DNA from: Dehalococcoidia bacterium
GTDB lineage: Bacteria > Chloroflexota > Dehalococcoidia > Lucifugimonadales > GCA-2712585
Length of the DNA stretch: 64,000 nucleotides
Direction of reading: 5' to 3'
Assembly (NCBI GenBank): GCA_965221895.1
Contig: CBDCSX010000002.1
Coordinates: 1,595,366-1,659,365, forward strand
Part shown: positions 58,908 through 64,000 of the stretch, piece by piece
How positions within the stretch are numbered: position 1 is the stretch's first letter
Layout: the number at the start of each line of letters is the position of its first letter
The notes under the pieces: model-generated
The model's input: the letters and a program-made list of their open reading frames with translations, nothing else
Databases searched by the model: none
Told to the model about the DNA's origin: nothing
Program-made: the position numbers and the translations under genes

Positions 58908-59297
58908 ATGGGTGCAACGCATGTAACCGTAGCAATCCGCAACCCTGCCGAACGGGACCGGGTGTGGGAAGGCGAATTCCTGGTTGATACAGGCGCTACA
59001 GATTGCCTGGTTCCCCGCGCGGCCTTGAAATCTATTGGCCTGCAACCGCGAGGCAAGCGCACATACGAACTGGCCGACGGCAGCGAAATCCAATTCGACG
59101 TCGCCGTTGCCGAAGTGGAGTTCATGGGCGATTTCGTCGGCTCCACGATCTTATTTGGGGATGACGACGCCGAGCCGCTGTTGGGCGTGACCGCGCTGGA
59201 ATCGATGGGCGTCGAGGTGGACCCGCTCAACCAGACGCTGAAGCGGCTGCCGGCCGTCCGGCTCAAAGGCTTCCGTCACCGCCACGCCACGTCCTAG
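58908..59297 (+). CDS. Retropepsin-like (clan AA) aspartyl protease
   Basis: 'FLVDTGATDCLVP' DTG catalytic motif; ~129 aa. Confidence 0.65.
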   Translation: MGATHVTVAIRNPAERDRVWEGEFLVDTGATDCLVPRAALKSIGLQPRGKRTYELADGSEIQFDVAVAEVEFMGDFVGSTILFGDDDAEPLLGVTALESMGVEVDPLNQTLKRLPAVRLKGFRHRHATS

Positions 59298-59454
59298 CGC
59301 ATCACCATCCCCCCGTAAACCATCCCCCGAAGGCGGCAAACCCCCTCAGCTTTTCCCTAAGGGGGCGGGCTGGGAGCTGCAAGTCATCCTGTGCCCACCG
59401 ACCCTAGGGCGCCCAGCTTCGGCGAGATTCTTCGCTACGCTCAGGATGGCATTC

Positions 59455-59650
59455 GGGTAACGGGGGGTTGTTTGTGGGAAACGAGTGGGTTTTCGGGGTA
59501 CTCGTTTCCGGGGTTTTAGCTTTGGGGAGGACTCGTTTGTGATAACGAGTATAGGGCTGTTTTGGGGTGTCTCAGGCGTGGATCTGATTGATTTTAGGGG
59601 GAGGACTCGTTTTATTTTTTCTGGGGGAAACGAGTCGGGGGTTGAGGCAA
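59455..59650. repeat. Second locus of GACTCGTTT/AAACGAGTC hairpin repeats (at least 3 hairpins)
   Basis: 'gggaaacgagtgggttttcggggtactcgtttccgg', 'ggaggactcgtttgtgataacgagtatagg' and 'ggaggactcgttttattttttctgggggaaacgagtcgg'. Confidence 0.5.
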
Positions 59651-59752
59651 GGCGGGGGTAGGGTCGAAGGGCAGGTTGGCGGCAGCAGGGCGAATGTATG
59701 TTCATCGGGGGGATGGTAACACGAAGTGGGGCGTTTGGGGAATGGGTAGATG

Positions 59753-62330
59753 TCAGGGCGCCCAGACGGTGAAATTCCGGAAGTCTACGTCGCGGTTGCT
59801 GGTGCTGTAGAAGCCGGCGATGGCGGAAATACCGCCGGCTTCAAGGTTGAAGTCGAGAATCAAGGTAGCCTCAAGAGTCCCGTTGACAAAGAACCAGCCT
59901 GTATCTCCCATAGAAATGAGCAACAGTTGGTTTTGGCTTCCCGGGCCGTCACGCCAGTTTGAGAGGCGACCCGAACTCAATCCGGTATACTCATCGTCCC
60001 CAACGCTACGTGTGTGGTGCTCCCATTGACCACTATTGTGAACTGATATTGCTTCAAGATGGCCGGAGAAAGGCCTACGGAAGATAAACCCGTAGTCCCA
60101 TTTTCCTGATTGAGGATTGATAAACTCAACCTCTGTCACAAAATCGCGGGAGTGCAAACCACTTCTGTGGGTTCCGACGATCCCTTCGCCGTATTCAATA
60201 GTTTCGCTTGTTGGGCCGTACCGACGGCTCAGGTCGTAGCCCCGGAAGTTCTCGTATTTGGTCGAGGCTCCCGCTTTTTCGCTGCCGGCGTAGGCACCTG
60301 TCATGATTGCCACGTCTCCACTGACCGTCACGTCACTCAGATCAAAGGAGGCGATGAAGGTTTGGTTAACGAAGAGCCATCCCTCTTCTTCTAACGCCAC
60401 CACCATTATCTGATTCTGCTGCCCTCCCCGTAACTTCAAGTTGGAAACAACACCGGCGGCCACCTGATTGTACGGAGCGTCATTACCGGACTGCACAGAC
60501 CATCTCCCTCTACTGCTGATAATCACCTGCAAGAAGGAGGGATCATCTTCGAAAAGGTCGTATCTCAGGAAGAAGCCGTAGCTCCAGGGGTGTTCGGAAG
60601 CGTCGTACGGATTGGTGAAGGTGGCCTCCACCATTAGGTCGTCAAGGGAGACATCGGCGTATTCGGTCTGGATGAAATTGTCCTCGGGGTTGTGTTGCAG
60701 ATCCCCATCGAGCGGGCCGAAGTCGTAATCGGCACTGGGGGTTGGGGTGAATCCAGGCGTGGGAGTTGGGCGAGGTGTTGGCGTTGGGGTGGGTGAAGGC
60801 CGGGCGGTCTTGAGGGTGTGCAGTTGTTCCTGGATGGTGGGGGCGGCGATGGCGAAGCCGACGTTATCTACCGGCCGTCCGCTTTGAGTTTCTTCCTGGC
60901 GGAAGGTGTTGATGCCTAGAATCTGGCCGGTTTCGGAAAGCATCGGGCCGCCGCTGTTACCCGGATTGATGGCCGCATCCGTCTGGATAACGAGGCTCTG
61001 ATGACTTTCGTCGTAGCGAATGGCGGAAACGATGCCCTTGGTGACCGTTGCCTCCCCTGGAAGCCCTAGAGGATAGCCCATGGCAAAGACATCATCACCC
61101 GGATTGAGTTCGGAAACGTTTCCAAAGGAGAGGGCCCGGAAGTCGCCGCAGCAGACACGGAGGACGGCCAAGTCCCGGACCGCATCCGTGCCGAGAATTT
61201 CGGCGCTGTAGGTAGAGGAGTCGTTAACCTCCACCTGGGTATCGCTTTCGTCCTCGATGACATGAGTAGTTGGTGAGAACGAGGGCTGCATCGTCGTCGA
61301 CCTCAAAAATCACGCCGGAACCGGAGCCTTTGTCGGTGCGAATTCTGACGACTGAAGGGCGCACGTCCTCAATCATGGCGCTGATGGTCGGCGTTGGTTC
61401 GGGCGTGGGGGTCGGCGCAGGAGTGGGGACGGGCGTCGGGGTGGGAGTTGGCGTTGGCTCAGGGGTGGGAATTGGGGTTGGTACAGGCGTGGGCTGAGGT
61501 GTTGGTACAGGCGTAGGCTCCGGAGTGGGCGCTGGCGTTGGGGTGGGAATGGGCGTTGGGGTTGCCGTTGGAGCCATGGTCGGCGTGAGCGTGGGAGTGG
61601 GGATTGGGGTGGGAATGGGAGTAGGGATGGCCGTGGGAGCCACGGTCGGCGTGGGCGTGGGGATTGGCGTGGGTTCAGCCGTGGGCGTGGGGGTGAGGAG
61701 GGCGACGACAATGGGAGGCTCGGTGACGCCGGGGTAGTCGAGGCTCAGATACCGACGTTCGTCGGAAGTTGAGCCGGGGGCGACGTAAATCAGGACAAGG
61801 TCGTCCTCGTCTACCGGCACTTGGAAGCAGACCTTGCCTTCGAGTTGGCTACCTTTTGGAATTTCGCCTTCAAGCCGGTCGGGTATGGAACCGCAGGAGT
61901 GTATTACCGGGTTGTAGTCGCTGCGGCTGCTGCCCACCAGATGAAAGTGGGTATGGCTGACGTTGACGGTGTCGGCGCCGGTTAGGTTAAAGATGCGAAG
62001 AGCAACCATGTAGTACCGATAGCCGGGGGGAGGCGAGGGATTGTCGGGGAAGTTTTGGAGGAGAAATGGTTGCGCGTCTTGCATGACGCCGACGACCTGC
62101 ACTTGCAGCCCGTTGGAGCCAACGAGTACGTCTCCGGCAGGGTAGGGGTTGTCGAGGGTGAAGCCTGGTGGGGCGGGGGTAACGATTGGAGTTGGGGCAG
62201 GCGTAGGTTCAGGCGTGGGAGTTGCGATTGGAGGCGGCGCGGGGGTTGGGGTGCTTCCGCCGCCGCAGGCGACTGCGACGAGGGCGGCGAGCAGCAGGCA
62301 GGGAAGGAATAGAATTTTCAATAGGCGCAT
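59753..62330 (-). pseudogene. Lipoprotein S1-family serine protease paralog: DUF4352-like N-domain, PT linker, protease domain, PT linker, and 2 copies of the domain shared with the 838-aa protein. It is interrupted by a frameshift (1 extra nt) near 61270.
   Basis: ORF 61224..62330 ends '...[19 protein letters not shown]|SCHRGRK'. ORF 59753..61306 continues '|HVIEDESD...GNSGGPM'. Removing one nt at 'aactac(t)catgtc' restores TNYHVI. Confidence 0.6.
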
Positions 62331-62470
62331 GGGTGTATTTCAGATAGGGGTTGGTATTGTATCAAAAGAGTTGGTCTGAGGGAGGGAGGCGTCGAGATGA
62401 TGGATCCCGGAGAATGAAGTTACGGAAGGCTACCTTGCGGTTACGATGGGCAATTGCAGCATCACATCTC

Positions 62471-63193
62471 TCATGACATCAACATCTGCCGAAAACAACG
62501 ATTAACCATTTGGTCGCACGAAGGACATTCTATTATGCATTCGGCAATCATTTCTGGTCCACTCACCAGCAAATTCAATCCTTTCCCTAACAAGCACGCA
62601 TCGCGTTTAGCTATCCACGCTTCGTATTCGCTCCTGCATTTTAGGTTTCCACACTTCACATTGGCCTTGAGCGTTGCGCTTCTGAACTTGTTGGCAACTC
62701 TGTAGAACTCACTTGAGCCAGAAACTCGCGCAGCAGATGCAACTAGGCCCTCGTACTGTTCCCAACCTAGTTCTGAAGTGAAGTCAAAGAGAAAGAGTAC
62801 ATTCAACATAGGAACAGATACTTCTATCCCCTGCCTGATGTCTTGAATGGCCATTACATACTTCAGGTTGCTAGGGTCGTTTCCCAACCCAGCGAAGATT
62901 CCAACCTCGAAGCCAATCCACGCCTGCGTCCAGTATTTTCCTGATACTTCGTCGCCCAAGAGGACAAAGAGCATCTCACTTTCAGCTATCTTGTCCGCCA
63001 GGACCTTGGCTGGAGGAGCCTTTATACGGTGCTCAGGGCTGAGTTCGTATAGGAAGGGTGCAACACCAGCCTTGCAACAGGCACACTTTAGTTTCTTGGC
63101 TATCTCTTTGTCATTCGCTGAATGTGAAACAAATGCCTGCTTCATGTGTTGGCCATTACAAACTCTACATTCGAAGCCTTGAGACTGTGACAC
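62471..63193 (-). CDS. TIR-like domain protein with N- and C-terminal Cys-rich (zinc-ribbon-like) segments, in a lower-GC islet
   Basis: 'KQAFVSHSANDKEIAKKL...APFLYE...EMLFVLLGDEVSGKYWTQAWIGFEVG' fits a TIR/TIR-like (DUF1863) pattern. C-x2-C pairs at both ends. Confidence 0.4.
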   Translation of the reverse strand: MSQSQGFECRVCNGQHMKQAFVSHSANDKEIAKKLKCACCKAGVAPFLYELSPEHRIKAPPAKVLADKIAESEMLFVLLGDEVSGKYWTQAWIGFEVGIFAGLGNDPSNLKYVMAIQDIRQGIEVSVPMLNVLFLFDFTSELGWEQYEGLVASAARVSGSSEFYRVANKFRSATLKANVKCGNLKCRSEYEAWIAKRDACLLGKGLNLLVSGPEMIAECIIECPSCDQMVNRCFRQMLMS

Positions 63194-63263
63194 TATTCAT
63201 CCTCCTCTGGGTACCCATTGAGGCGCTGGTTTAGTATTTCAAAGGGCGACATCCGAATAGCGC

Positions 63264-63974
63264 CTAAGGCACAATTTCACATATGAATTCGATTGCATCT
63301 TCGACTCTTGTCTTAATTGCAATTAGTTGAGGTAGCGAGAATCTTCCCGCTGGGCCATGCGCACCAGAGTTAAGGTCTTTGAACAAGACAGACAGATTCT
63401 TGATGTTTGCCTCGGTAAAATCCTCAAGGGCTTCATTGCCTAGTCCGCGGCGATCCAAACAATAATGTATTTTGGCACGTCGAGTAGGCATACCACGCTC
63501 AGTAACTTGACAGTCTGGAAACCATGACAACACCTCGCCGTCGGGAGCTCCGCAATTGAGAATATCCGCGAGGATTTCCCTTGAGCTTGTACAAAAATGC
63601 CGGGCAGCATCCGGGTTATGAGGGTTCAGAGCAAATAGGGCACCGGACCAGCGATCCTGTATGTCTACAGGATAACCCTTTAGCGATTCCGTTAACTTCG
63701 TACTAGTAAGTTCTTCATCTCCCAACTGTACTTGGCTGTTGTATCCAAGCAACGTGTTGAGCACATTCGCGCTGTTGGCAGTGTCTCGTTCAGCGAGGTC
63801 TGAGAGAAATGGATTCGCATTACTATGGTCTAGTCGTTCATACGCAGAGTTGAGAGCAATAACAGACAAATGCGACGAGGTATAGCTGATGGGGATTGTT
63901 CGAGAAGAAAGACTCTTTAGGGCGGATCGTAGTCGGGATCTGTTGGCCCTGACGCGTGCATTGTGTGCCCGCAC
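63264..63974 (-). CDS. Hypothetical protein upstream of the TIR-like gene on the same strand. It may extend beyond the window edge.
   Basis: ORF only; lower GC. Confidence 0.3.
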   Translation of the reverse strand: MRAHNARVRANRSRLRSALKSLSSRTIPISYTSSHLSVIALNSAYERLDHSNANPFLSDLAERDTANSANVLNTLLGYNSQVQLGDEELTSTKLTESLKGYPVDIQDRWSGALFALNPHNPDAARHFCTSSREILADILNCGAPDGEVLSWFPDCQVTERGMPTRRAKIHYCLDRRGLGNEALEDFTEANIKNLSVLFKDLNSGAHGPAGRFSLPQLIAIKTRVEDAIEFICEIVP

Positions 63975-64000
63975 TTTGCGGTTAAGTACGTCAATGGCCC

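Noticed and set aside
1-64000. Searched for tRNA/rRNA genes (T-loop GGTTCGAATCC-like motifs, rRNA conserved blocks)
   Set aside because: No convincing cloverleaf or T-loop was found by eye. The 3'-end-targeted insertions described above therefore do not involve tRNA genes in this window.

Overview
The window is a ~64 kb high-GC (~60-65% by eye) bacterial chromosomal segment with several lower-GC islets. Gene content (DUF1800/DUF1501 pair, many Pro/Thr-linker lipoproteins, two-subunit 2-oxoacid:ferredoxin oxidoreductase, UGSC selenoprotein, MFS/amidohydrolase expansion) suggests a Chloroflexota-like aerobic heterotroph; this is inference only. Housekeeping content: korAB-type 2-oxoacid:ferredoxin oxidoreductase, type II glutamine synthetase, etfBA, panB-panC preceded by a DUF2520 (PanG-like) reductase, aminopeptidase N, CocE/NonD hydrolase, D-aminoacylase, class IV aminotransferase, aldo/keto reductase, L-aspartate dehydrogenase, three solute-binding proteins and four MFS transporters. 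Accessory content: four type II TA loci (HigBA, VapBC, BrnTA, and an orphan antitoxin with a VapC stub), a Fic protein behind an iteron-like repeat array, an AbiTii-like gene paired with a small membrane protein, a TIR-like zinc-ribbon protein, a retropepsin-like protease, a UGSC selenoprotein whose in-frame UGA the ORF track split in two, and an MFS gene interrupted by an in-frame TGA. There are two paralogous lipoprotein S1 proteases, each with a frameshift at a different position. Repeat content: a MITE family with 17-bp TIRs (3 copies), a REP-like 20-bp perfect palindrome family (3 copies), a 124-bp tandem minisatellite, and GACTCGTTT/AAACGAGTC hairpin-repeat loci. The most unusual structure occurs at two loci: gene cassettes sit between an intact host-gene 3' end (cocE; D-aminoacylase) and one or more diverged orphan copies of that same 3' end, which reads as site-specific or tandem accretion at 3' ends of protein-coding genes. 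One such insert carries an excisionase-family HTH gene, a coiled-coil protein and an 838-aa SPFH-TM-Excalibur protein with two copies of an uncharacterised domain that is also found in one of the protease paralogs. This is the best candidate for an undescribed system. No rRNA, tRNA or CRISPR array was seen.
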